Source: Phormidesmis sp. (lineage in GTDB: Bacteria > Cyanobacteriota > Cyanobacteriia > Leptolyngbyales > Leptolyngbyaceae). From it: a DNA stretch of 64,000 nt. The stretch is from the NCBI GenBank assembly GCA_965248535.1, contig CBDFJR010000005.1, positions 1,056,001 through 1,120,000 of the forward strand, in the 5' to 3' direction. A program made the position numbers and the translations under genes. Every line of letters starts with the position of its first letter. Positions within the stretch are counted from its first letter, which is position 1. This document shows positions 8,263 through 16,990 of this stretch, one piece after another. The notes beneath the pieces were generated by a model. The model searched no databases, was not told the origin of the DNA, and worked only from the letters and a program-made list of their open reading frames with translations.

Positions 8263-9495
8263 CTACGGGGTTCCTCTAGGGGGGGTGAACCCCGATCGAT
8301 TTAGCCGTTCTTCGATCTGCCATAGCAAAGCAAAGTCTTCTTCAGGTAGAGTCGCGATCGCCGCTTCTTCTAAAAAGCTAAACGCTTGACGAAACTCTTG
8401 AGGAGTGGCAGAGATCGGGGCCTCTAAATGGCAGGGAACAATCCGTTCAAAGTCCCACGTTGCCACCTGATCTGCCCACGCTAACGTTTGTTTGGGCGAT
8501 CGGTTGAGAATGATTGTTTGCAGAATCGGAGCTACCAACAGTCGTCCGTTTCCTCGCAGAGCCTCAAACGATCGCTGCCAGTCTTCTCGCCATTTGAAGG
8601 GGAACAGTCCAAAATAGGCTTTTTTGGAGCGATCGCAGGCTGTTAGCGCATCGCGTAAGACTGAGCCAAGTCTGAGAGGCTCTAGCGCGCCGGGGCGAAA
8701 ATAAAACGCAAACAAAGCCATGCGCCACCAGCCTTTGCGACGATTAGCTGGCGTGTCTTTGACCTGATCAGACGCAGAATCTTTGGCATGAAACAGCAGT
8801 GGATAGGGGTCAAGCTGCACGATCGCGGATGGATCTTCAGGAACAGAAAGAACTGAATCGGTGACCAAAAGCGTGCCCGATCGTCGATGGAAAAATGCCA
8901 CCTCACCAAACGAACCTGCCCCTAAATCAATGGTGAGAATGGCATAGTCAAAGTCGTGATAGAAGGGCGTTTTGCTGCTATCTTCTGGTAGGGTTTGAGT
9001 GCGCTGACCCGGAAACCCAAGCCAGCTTAACGGCAGATCGATCGGAAAGCTCCACTGATGCGGCGCAACAAAAATCTGGGCATTAGGAAACTGTCTCGCA
9101 AACGGCCCGACAAAGACTTTGTGTTCTAACCCCGATGAAGTTGGCAGAACAATATATCGCACGTCACCGTGGTCTGCCACCAACTCCTTGACCAGTCGAA
9201 TACATTCCAGAGTCGGCGCAACGGGGGCATAGACCAACAATCCTCCTGCTTCGAGTTTGATCACCGTCATCCGAATCGGCACAACGACATAAAAAATGCC
9301 TTGGATCTGGTCAAACGTCCAAATCGTGTCTTTGAGAAGTTCTGTGCGAAGGGTTTGGCGCTGACCGTAGGGATAGAGCGGCACCAGTTGCCAAAACCGC
9401 CACGACCAATCATCAGAACGACTCTTTGAGTGATTGCCTAATTCTGTCTGGTTGGTGACACGCTTCATAACCCGCTCCGCTTTGCCTGATCTCAT
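8263..9495 (-). CDS. DUF4336 domain protein
   Basis: VPIRMTVIKL..GGLLVYAPVAPT, EHKVF, WDFERIVPCH. Confidence 0.88.
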   Translation of the reverse strand: MRSGKAERVMKRVTNQTELGNHSKSRSDDWSWRFWQLVPLYPYGQRQTLRTELLKDTIWTFDQIQGIFYVVVPIRMTVIKLEAGGLLVYAPVAPTLECIRLVKELVADHGDVRYIVLPTSSGLEHKVFVGPFARQFPNAQIFVAPHQWSFPIDLPLSWLGFPGQRTQTLPEDSSKTPFYHDFDYAILTIDLGAGSFGEVAFFHRRSGTLLVTDSVLSVPEDPSAIVQLDPYPLLFHAKDSASDQVKDTPANRRKGWWRMALFAFYFRPGALEPLRLGSVLRDALTACDRSKKAYFGLFPFKWREDWQRSFEALRGNGRLLVAPILQTIILNRSPKQTLAWADQVATWDFERIVPCHLEAPISATPQEFRQAFSFLEEAAIATLPEEDFALLWQIEERLNRSGFTPPRGTP

Positions 9496-9790
9496 CCTAT
9501 CAATCTCTGTCTCAACCGAGGCTAGCGCCTGCCTGGAATGGAGCAGATCGATACCAGATTAGTACAGATGAACGAGTCGGGGTTTATGAACCGCACGATC
9601 GTTGAGTTTAGCCAAGATTTACGCGCCGTCTCACCGGGTGCAGTGATCTCCTATTCTCGCTATCACAAAGAGACGATGACGAGTCGCAGAGTCTTCCCAG
9701 CGACATCGTTTTTTCCATTGTTTGGTCAGAAATAGATTGTCTGGCACGAATTATGTTCTAACAGATCTGAGGCATCTCAATCTGCCTACA

Positions 9791-10090
9791 TCATGAGGCA
9801 CCAAAGTAGGCCGCGCCTTCTGCTTCAATGCTTGCCTTGCTCTTGCGACCGCCATCACCAGATCTTCGTGCAGCCCTGTTCGCTAGACTAATAGGTATAT
9901 CACACCAAATATCTTGCCCACTCTGACTACTCCAGGGTGAAGAACCGACATAAATGTTCTTGCCAATATCAGTTGCATAATACACTCCCTGGGGAACACG
10001 AGCTTGAGCAGGGAGAAGCTCTGAAAATAAAGTAATCGTAGTTACGATAGCTGTAATTGCAATACCCGACACTGAAATCTTTATTGTCAT
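9791..10090 (-). CDS. Hypothetical secreted protein
   Basis: Signal-peptide-like N-terminus ending in AQA; 99 aa. Confidence 0.55.
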   Translation of the reverse strand: MTIKISVSGIAITAIVTTITLFSELLPAQARVPQGVYYATDIGKNIYVGSSPWSSQSGQDIWCDIPISLANRAARRSGDGGRKSKASIEAEGAAYFGAS

Positions 10091-10222
10091 TAGATTTGTA
10101 CGTTTAGATAGATTGAGCTGAATTTGGCTTTTGCGTATTTGCTTTGTCAGTCGGAGAAAATCGGGGAACAGTTAGATATTCTCACTCCCTATTTTTCAGT
10201 CACGCCTCTAACAAGAATTTAA

Positions 10223-10289
10223 GAGGATGTCTGAGGAGTTAAAAATTATGCCAACCGTCTGACTATCTCATCATTTCTCAGACATCCTT
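10223..10289. mobile_element. Miniature inverted-repeat element (MITE-like)
   Basis: Terminal inverted repeat AGGATGTCTGAG (10224-10235) / CTCAGACATCCT (10277-10288); TA-rich flanks. Confidence 0.6.
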
Positions 10290-10354
10290 TAAGGCTACTT
10301 ACGATCGCACCCCAATGATTCATTCTTAACTACACCCCCAGAGATAACTCAGCA

Positions 10355-10441
10355 GGCTAACGTTCGCAATCACCGGACATCGATAACTCCAGCTACCAAC
10401 TAAATAATATCCAAAGTTCCGGTGCATTGCGGTTGTTGCAC
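10355..10441 (-). other. attC integron cassette recombination site
   Basis: Minus strand GTGCAAC-AACCGCAATGCACCGGAAC...GTCCGGTGATTGCGAAC-GTTAGCC; 87-bp imperfect palindrome 16 nt after a stop codon. Confidence 0.8.
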
Positions 10442-10457
10442 TGCTGGCAACACACGC

Positions 10458-10751
10458 TTAGCCAGCTTGAGCCTGGACGACTTCACTCAACGCTTCATCG
10501 ATCACGGCATCACTGACACCACGACGCTTGAGGCTAGCAACCAACGCAGTGACCGTCTCGCTTTCAAACCGTTCCAAATCAACCCGCAAACCCTGACCAA
10601 TGTATGCCCGAATCAATGGCTGGTACCCAGAAAACCCTAACAACGGAGCAACCCGTTTCAGATCTTCCACGACATCTTCTGGAATCCGAATCGTCACACT
10701 GGTCATGGGTCGATTGCGATTAAGTCGTTGCTTCAGGGTCTCAACCTTCAT
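10458..10751 (-). CDS. BrnA-like / ribbon-helix-helix antitoxin
   Basis: MTSVTIRIPEDVVEDLKRVA..GYQPLIRAYI; overlaps the brnT stop. Confidence 0.75.
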   Translation of the reverse strand: MKVETLKQRLNRNRPMTSVTIRIPEDVVEDLKRVAPLLGFSGYQPLIRAYIGQGLRVDLERFESETVTALVASLKRRGVSDAVIDEALSEVVQAQAG

Positions 10752-11034
10752 AGTCTGCTCTCTCCTGGCTAGTTGCTTTGCGTGCTGAAATAATCCGAAT
10801 GCTCTCTGCATCCTGCTCAATGTGAACCACATAAAGCAAGTTCCAGCGAGCATCTAGCCCAATCACAGCGTCTCGCGCTTCATCGTTGCGACTGGCATCG
10901 ACAAGGAAGAATGGATCGAAAAAAGCCTCAGCCGCCTGCTGAAAAGTAACCCCATCATGATTGATCGGATTAATTCGCGCCTTCTCTTCATCCCACGAAA
11001 AAGTAATGCTATTGAGCACAAAATACACGTTCAT
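10741..11034 (-). CDS. brnT: BrnT family toxin (DUF497)
   Basis: FSWDEEKARIN..HDGVTFQQAAEAF and IRIISARKAT. Confidence 0.9.
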   Translation of the reverse strand: MNVYFVLNSITFSWDEEKARINPINHDGVTFQQAAEAFFDPFFLVDASRNDEARDAVIGLDARWNLLYVVHIEQDAESIRIISARKATSQERADYEG

Positions 11035-11041
11035 AGTGCTC

Positions 11042-11080
11042 ATCATAGAGAAGACGTATGTACAGTGTCAATACGTCTTC
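11042..11080 (-). promoter_or_regulatory. brnT/brnA promoter with overlapping palindromic operator
   Basis: TTGACA (11066-11071), 18 nt, TATGAT (11042-11047); inverted repeat GAAGACGTAT/ATACGTCTTC. Confidence 0.7.
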
Positions 11081-11128
11081 CTGAAATCTAGGCAATGTCA
11101 ATTGATTGGCACGACCTGAAACGAAGCA

Positions 11129-11214
11129 GCACAACGTTCCCAATTAGCGGCGACAGAGATGACTCAACCGAAGCACGGAAACCCTCTTCGTCCGCTGCAT
11201 TGGGGTTGTTATGC
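11129..11214 (-). other. attC integron cassette recombination site
   Basis: Minus strand GCATAAC-AACCCCAATGCAGCGGACG...CGCCGCTAATTGGGAAC-GTTGTGC; 86 bp. Confidence 0.8.
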
Positions 11215-11232
11215 GTTGCTTGACACAACCGA

Positions 11233-11284
11233 TCGCTGCTTCCACTGCTGCAAGCCGTTCCTCTAAAGAAGTGTTAGTTGCCAT
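11233..11284 (-). pseudogene. 5' fragment of a small antitoxin-like gene
   Basis: MATNTSLEERLAAVEAAI, then breaks at GCGATCG and runs into the attC. Confidence 0.45.
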
Positions 11285-11383
11285 TCGAGTTTTCCATAAT
11301 TAATCGTTTTTATCTGAAGGATAATGAGTCAGAGAGAGTTTGCCTATCCTTCAGACTTTGTAAAAGTCTGTACAAAAGAGTTG

Positions 11384-11880
11384 TTATGCTGCGCTTTTGC
11401 ATCTCTCAAGCTTTAGTGCGATGCGAGAGAAACAAATTCCCCCAAACCACAAACAGATTGGCAAATGTCCTTTTGGGGCTGAAGTAGCGTAAATCATATT
11501 ATCAAGATTGTAGTTAACTTGCTTCCATCCAACAGCAATCGCAAATTTAGCCCATTCTGTTTCACGTTTCTCTCCGTCAAGTTTTCCACCAACATCTAGG
11601 TAAATGTTTTTCTGAATGCTGAAACCAAAAAGACCATTGCTGTACTTCACCCACAGTTGGTCAATCGTAAGAAGATCTGTGCAGGGAATTTGGTCAATAT
11701 CTTGCCTGAATATATTCTCATCCCATTGACCGTCTGCCAACCGCCAAGCATCTGAAGGATCTCGTGACCACAGTTTTAAGAGCAGTTGTCTCATTGTCCT
11801 ATCCGCCTCTGACCAGTTTTGTGCCTTAAGTAAATCTCTCAGCCGCGTGTAATCAATTCCTCTGGCTGAACGTAGATTGC
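11384..11880 (-). pseudogene. GUN4 domain, 5'-truncated
   Basis: LRSARGIDYTRLRDLLKAQNWSEAD, IPCTDLLTIDQLWVKYSNGLFGFSIQK and APKGHLP; no start codon before the domain. Confidence 0.75.
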
Positions 11881-11892
11881 CGCGAGAAAGTT

Positions 11893-11938
11893 GGCTAACA
11901 GTAGCTTTTAATCATCCGCTGCAAGGAGTTTATTATAC
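11893..11938 (-). other. Degenerate or partial attC site
   Basis: Minus strand GTATAAT-AAACTCCTTGCAGCGGATG matches the left arm of the two intact sites; right arm missing. Confidence 0.45.
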
Positions 11939-11984
11939 GGCGGTAGGACATCCTAAGTCGTAAGTTCAAAATAACATTGAGAAC

Positions 11985-12767
11985 CTACTTTGCCAACTCT
12001 TGAGCAATTGTTGTGCGCCAGTAATTCAGCTTATTTGAATCGGTTGGGGAGTGTCCTATCAACTTTTTCCACGCACCACTAGCAGCGCCGCTCGGATGAA
12101 TAAAATTTAGGTGCTTGATACCTAACTGCAATTGGTCTACAGCACTACCAGCTACTTTTCCCCAAGTTACCACAGCAACTGGTTGCACCACAGCTAATTC
12201 TGGTTTGATAAGTTGTAGAAATTTCTGCCGATCGGCATCTGGCAGTTTAATTCCAACATAACGCTGTTCTGGATTACAAACCCATATCTTCAGTAAGTCT
12301 GTTAGGTAAACTCGATATCCTAATTCGAGAAGCACCTGAACCATTTCAAAATATAGTTTTGTACGCCTCAACTCTTCACGAGAGCCTTTGTGGTGTAAAC
12401 CATAAGGTATACCAACTACTAATTGTTCATGGTCGCTGTCATTTTTGGAGTCCTGACCAATAATAGCAATTGTCGGTTTGTCATTTCGTCCATCGTCCAA
12501 TTCCATGAGACTCGGCAAATCCACAGCAATGACAGGAGATTCTTGGTAGATGGATCGAAAAACATCATTTGTGGACTCAAAAAAGCCCCGGCGTGTAAAA
12601 TGCAAAGGCCAACCTGGTTGATCAAAAGTAGTACCAATATCTTGGTACAGCTTCTCTAACTCTTCTATAGTTGTATCAAACACTGAACATAATAATTCAC
12701 AAAGCTGTTCAAATTCTTGAGCTTTGAATTTAGAGAATAAAAGACGTGTTGAAGTTACCATACACAC
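11985..12767 (-). CDS. Uracil-DNA glycosylase superfamily protein (divergent)
   Basis: IAIIGQD (motif A-like), VYLTDLLK, VVTWGKVA, IHPSGAA (motif B-like). Confidence 0.7.
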   Translation of the reverse strand: MCMVTSTRLLFSKFKAQEFEQLCELLCSVFDTTIEELEKLYQDIGTTFDQPGWPLHFTRRGFFESTNDVFRSIYQESPVIAVDLPSLMELDDGRNDKPTIAIIGQDSKNDSDHEQLVVGIPYGLHHKGSREELRRTKLYFEMVQVLLELGYRVYLTDLLKIWVCNPEQRYVGIKLPDADRQKFLQLIKPELAVVQPVAVVTWGKVAGSAVDQLQLGIKHLNFIHPSGAASGAWKKLIGHSPTDSNKLNYWRTTIAQELAK

Positions 12768-13505
12768 TAATTAAGCTCAAAATCATCCCTGTTGAGATTT
12801 TCACAGTCCTCAACTCAAGGTCAAAACGAATAGCGGCTGATCTCGTGCCTCACAGACAATTTTAGAACATTGCCTAAATAGAGGACATACAGCCGTGTAA
12901 CTACTATTTCTGCCGTTTGAACTCCTATCAAACAGGATAAATACTCCTCTCAAGGAAATTATGCCGTATGGAAACCGGATAACGCCCATTATTTTAGGAA
13001 TTATACTGAATCTCCACAGGATAACTCTCCACTTTTGGATACTTATACGGAATGGCGCTCAGACTTCTCGATTCTAAGGGAGCCGCGAGTAAATTGTCTC
13101 GTCCCGATGAATCAGTTATGGCGCTGAGTCGATCGCATCCCTGCCGTTGCTCGACTGGAACATAAATCAGGGAGAAGTTACGATCGCCCCCCTCTCTTTC
13201 CCCAAAACCCGATCGCCCCTCCTCCCCCAAAAAAATCACCATTCCAAAAAACAAAAAACTCTAGTACAATACACCGCAGTGATGGAGTTGTGCCCCGAAG
13301 CCTGATTTCTCAGATCAGACTCCGAGGTCTTCCATCCCTAGTTAACACGACTAACTCAGGAGGCGTTCATGATTGTACACCGTCGGCTTTGCTATGGGAT
13401 CTTGAAAGGCTGGAATCAAGATCCTGCATACAGGTTTTCCCCCAACCCAATGTCTGAGAGATCCGTGTTTTTGTCCTCTTTAACTTAACTAAGAGGACAA
13501 AAACT

Positions 13506-13877
13506 ATGGCAGTTAGGACGATCGTGCCTAGCTCGATTTCGTTCACCATTGAGTTGCGATGCTCAATCGAAAAGCGATATCGAGTCAGTGTGACGTTAGA
13601 TTTACAAGAGCGTTATCTCTTTGTACCGTCTGGCATTCTCGTGAATGTTAGCGACAGCATTGAAGAGTTTGTCTCAGAACTGAGTGAAATCGCGTCTAAT
13701 CAACTGGCATTTCTGAAATGGGATGGCACGAGTGATTTGACCACAGAGTATCAAGTTGTTCGAGTGTTGCCCGGTTATCAGGTTGAACGTTCTTTAGTGA
13801 AATTCAACATTGTTCTGGGTAGTGGTTCACTGATTCAAGTAGAGGAGTTGCACAACAAAACGACGATTCAACTATAA
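13506..13877 (+). CDS. Hypothetical protein
   Basis: 123-aa ORF with RBS AGAGGA upstream. Confidence 0.7.
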   Translation: MAVRTIVPSSISFTIELRCSIEKRYRVSVTLDLQERYLFVPSGILVNVSDSIEEFVSELSEIASNQLAFLKWDGTSDLTTEYQVVRVLPGYQVERSLVKFNIVLGSGSLIQVEELHNKTTIQL

Positions 13878-13926
13878 GAAGTTGGGCATTAGGGAACTGT
13901 GAAGCAATCCTTGAATAGTCTTCAAG

Positions 13927-15645
13927 TCAAACAGGCTGAGAGGGTTGTTTCGCAGGTTCAGTTGCTCTCCCAGTTCGAGCAATCCATTTAGTGGCGATCG
14001 GCATTCTCCACCCAGTACCAAACGCCCGATCGGTAATCTTCAATCCCGGTGGTGCCTGACGACGCTTGAATTCCGCGATCGTTACGAGTTTAACCACGCG
14101 ATCGACAACAACTTGTTCATGTCCGGCAGAAACAATAGTGGTGATTGACTGATGTTGATGAACCAAGCGATCGAGAATATCATCTAAGATCTCATAGTCT
14201 GGCAGTGAGTCTTGATCAACTTGTCCCGGCTTTAGCTCGGCGCTCGGTGCCTTGACAACAATGTTGGTAGGAATGATGTGAGAACCCAGCCACTTGCAGA
14301 TCGAGTAGACGCGGGTTTTAGGCACATCGGCGATCGCCGCAAGTCCGCCGTTCATGTCACCATAGAGCGTGCAGTATCCGACTGCCATCTCGGATTTGTT
14401 GCCTGTAGAGACCAACAAATAGCCAAATTTGTTAGAGATTGCCATCAGCAGAGTGCCTCGAATTCGAGACTGAAGATTCTCTTCGGCAACGCCAAACTCT
14501 GTTCCCGTGAACAATGGATCTAGAGCTTGATCGTAGCTTTGCATGAGAGGTGCGATCGCCAAGGTCTGAGTTTTAATCCCAATATTGTTGGCAAGTTCTA
14601 ACGCATCGTGAACGGAATGATCAGAACTGTAGGGCGACGGCATCAGAACACCTAAGACATTCTCAGCACCGAGGGCAGCAGCAGCGATCGCGGCCACCAA
14701 TGCCGAATCAACGCCACCACTCAAGCCCAACACCACTTTAGAAAAGCCACACTTGCGCGCATAGTCTCGCACACCCAACACTAGGGCTGACCAGATTTCA
14801 GCGTCGTCACAGTCAGGGGCAGGAGTCACAACACTGGGTAGAAAATCTTTGGTTTTGGGACTGTAGTCAATCGTCACCCAATCTTCTTCAAAAGCACGAG
14901 CGCGACAAACCAGAGTTCCGTAGCGATCGACGACAACACTGTTGCCATCAAAAATTAGATCGTCATTGCCGCCAACTTGATTGACATAGACGATCGGTTG
15001 ATTAAACCGCACGGCTCCATGGTGCAGCATTGCTTCTCGCAGTCGCTGTTTGCCGACGGTGTAAGGAGATGCCGACAGATTGATTGTGAAGTCAACGCCT
15101 TGTTGAGCGAGATCGGCGATCGGGTTCAGCGCATACGTCCGTTTGCCCCAAAATTCTTCGTCGTTCCAGAGGTCTTCGCAAATGGTGACCCCGATCCGAA
15201 CCGACTGACCTAAATGCTCTAGGATGAACTGGTTTGGCTCATTTCCAGGCTCAAAATAGCGGTCTTCGTCAAACACGTCATAGGTAGGCAACAGACGTTT
15301 GTGAAAAATCTGGCAAATCTGCCCTTGTTCTAAAAGAGCGACGCTGTTGAACAAAGGTTTGCCGCCATTTTGCAGCGATCGCGGATTTGGTTCTACGGTT
15401 CCCACTAAGACTGCGACTTCGGGCGGAATTTGTTGGGCCAATGCTAGTAGCGTCTGAGTCATCGCTTCGACAAAACTGGGATCAAGCAACAAATCTCGCG
15501 GCGGATAGCCACACAGCGACAACTCTGGAGTCAACAATAATCTCACGCCTTCTCTCGCGGCTCGTTGGGCAGCTTGCAAGATTCGTTGGGCATTTCCGGC
15601 TAGATCCCCGATCGTGGGGTTGAGTTGAGCGATCGCAATTTTCAT
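13927..15645 (-). CDS. nadE: Glutamine-dependent NAD+ synthetase
   Basis: Nitrilase domain (PEL, ICEDLW) plus GLSGGVDS, ENLQSRIRG, PSAEL. Confidence 0.97.
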   Translation of the reverse strand: MKIAIAQLNPTIGDLAGNAQRILQAAQRAAREGVRLLLTPELSLCGYPPRDLLLDPSFVEAMTQTLLALAQQIPPEVAVLVGTVEPNPRSLQNGGKPLFNSVALLEQGQICQIFHKRLLPTYDVFDEDRYFEPGNEPNQFILEHLGQSVRIGVTICEDLWNDEEFWGKRTYALNPIADLAQQGVDFTINLSASPYTVGKQRLREAMLHHGAVRFNQPIVYVNQVGGNDDLIFDGNSVVVDRYGTLVCRARAFEEDWVTIDYSPKTKDFLPSVVTPAPDCDDAEIWSALVLGVRDYARKCGFSKVVLGLSGGVDSALVAAIAAAALGAENVLGVLMPSPYSSDHSVHDALELANNIGIKTQTLAIAPLMQSYDQALDPLFTGTEFGVAEENLQSRIRGTLLMAISNKFGYLLVSTGNKSEMAVGYCTLYGDMNGGLAAIADVPKTRVYSICKWLGSHIIPTNIVVKAPSAELKPGQVDQDSLPDYEILDDILDRLVHQHQSITTIVSAGHEQVVVDRVVKLVTIAEFKRRQAPPGLKITDRAFGTGWRMPIATKWIARTGRATEPAKQPSQPV

Positions 15646-16385
15646 ATAAATACCAAAGGTTTATCTTTTAAGGGCGCAAAGGCTTCGGCATCAAATCGAT
15701 AGAGACTTGCCGGACGACCCGCCCCTCGTGAGGCTTTGATGCCCGTGTCTCTGAGAAAACCGAGTTTGAGCAGGCGCGATCGGAAGTTTGAATAATCTGA
15801 GAAATTTTCTCCCAGCACTGTTGTATAAAGTTGAAATAAATCACTGAGCGTGAAGACTTCAGGCAACACATCAAAGGCAACCGGACTATATTCCAGCTTG
15901 TTTTTGAGTCGGCAGTGTCCATACTCTAAAATCGTGTTGTGGTCAAACGCCAACTGCGGCAACTGATCGAGGGGATACCAGGCAATGCCGCTCACGCCAT
16001 CGGCAATCAGTTCGGCTTCGGCATAGCGCACCAGCGCAAAATAGCTGACCGACAGATAGCGCACCCCATAGCTATCATCGGCCTCACGCGGATCGCGATT
16101 TGGGCCACCAAAGGTATAAAGCTGCTCTAGATAAAGATTTCGCGCTCGAATCTTCTCAGACAAAATTCGGTAGGCGGCGTTTTCTAACGATTCGCCTTGC
16201 CTGACCAGGGTTCCCGGCAGACTCCACTGTCCCAAAAAGGGGTCTTCTTGGCGCATCACTAGCAGCACCAGCAGGCGATTGAGGGCCGTATCGACCGAGA
16301 AAATTGCGTTATCAACGCCCACTCTAAAATCTGCTAACGCCTCTCCTTCTAATAAGTGGGCAATTTTTCTCTGCGTGCGTGACAT
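15642..16385 (-). CDS. nrtR: NUDIX-related transcriptional regulator NrtR
   Basis: Degenerate Nudix domain, LAFDH, C-terminal wHTH with GRPASLYRF; NAD operon context. Confidence 0.9.
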   Translation of the reverse strand: MSRTQRKIAHLLEGEALADFRVGVDNAIFSVDTALNRLLVLLVMRQEDPFLGQWSLPGTLVRQGESLENAAYRILSEKIRARNLYLEQLYTFGGPNRDPREADDSYGVRYLSVSYFALVRYAEAELIADGVSGIAWYPLDQLPQLAFDHNTILEYGHCRLKNKLEYSPVAFDVLPEVFTLSDLFQLYTTVLGENFSDYSNFRSRLLKLGFLRDTGIKASRGAGRPASLYRFDAEAFAPLKDKPLVFI

Positions 16386-16990
16386 TTGTACAGTTGCTCC
16401 CGATCGATATAAGCCTGAATCGGAGAAGTCACTCCTTCGGTTTCTCCCTGTTCACGATAGGCGGTAGACGAGACATTTGGGGCATTGAGATCGGCGATCG
16501 TCACATCGACTTCCATCTGCCTCAGCGGGTCTAGCTCTCTGTCTGCAATCGAGTATCCGGGGCGAGGCACCACTAAGAGCTTGACGCGATCGAGCAAGTC
16601 TCTGGCCCGAAACCATTTGGGCAGTTGACCCACCAAGTCAGACCCAACCACCAGCGTTAATTCTGCACCCTGCCAGCGTTCTTGGGCCTGCTCTACGGTG
16701 ATCACGGTGCGAGAGTTGCTCAACTCTGGATAGACTTGAATGTTGGATCGAAGCAAGTTTAAGTCACCAATCAGCAGTCTCAACATGGCGGTGCGATGAT
16801 CTAGCGCCGTTTGGTGAGCCTTAAACGGGTTGTCAGAGGCCCAAACTGCGACTTCATCAAAGTGCTGAGAGAGCCAGCACAAGATGGCGAGATGTCCTCT
16901 GGTGGGTGGGTCGGCGCTGGTGCCAAACAATGCAACTTTTAACATAGGTTCAAGGAGGTGGAGACTTTTTAATCCAGGACGTTCACTCAA
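16349..16990 (-). CDS. nadD: Nicotinate-nucleotide adenylyltransferase
   Basis: ALFGTSADPPTRGH, VVGSD, VSST; true start may be the ATG of MLKV. Confidence 0.92.
   Translation of the reverse strand: MSERPGLKSLHLLEPMLKVALFGTSADPPTRGHLAILCWLSQHFDEVAVWASDNPFKAHQTALDHRTAMLRLLIGDLNLLRSNIQVYPELSNSRTVITVEQAQERWQGAELTLVVGSDLVGQLPKWFRARDLLDRVKLLVVPRPGYSIADRELDPLRQMEVDVTIADLNAPNVSSTAYREQGETEGVTSPIQAYIDREQLYKCHARREKLPTY

Noticed and set aside
13040..13080. LYGMALRLLD resembling the integron integrase LYGxGLR motif
   Set aside because: Very short match with no flanking integrase similarity; likely chance
13275..13340. Fluoride or glutamine riboswitch
   Set aside because: Only superficial similarity; conserved cores and expected downstream genes are missing, so it is kept as an unknown structured leader
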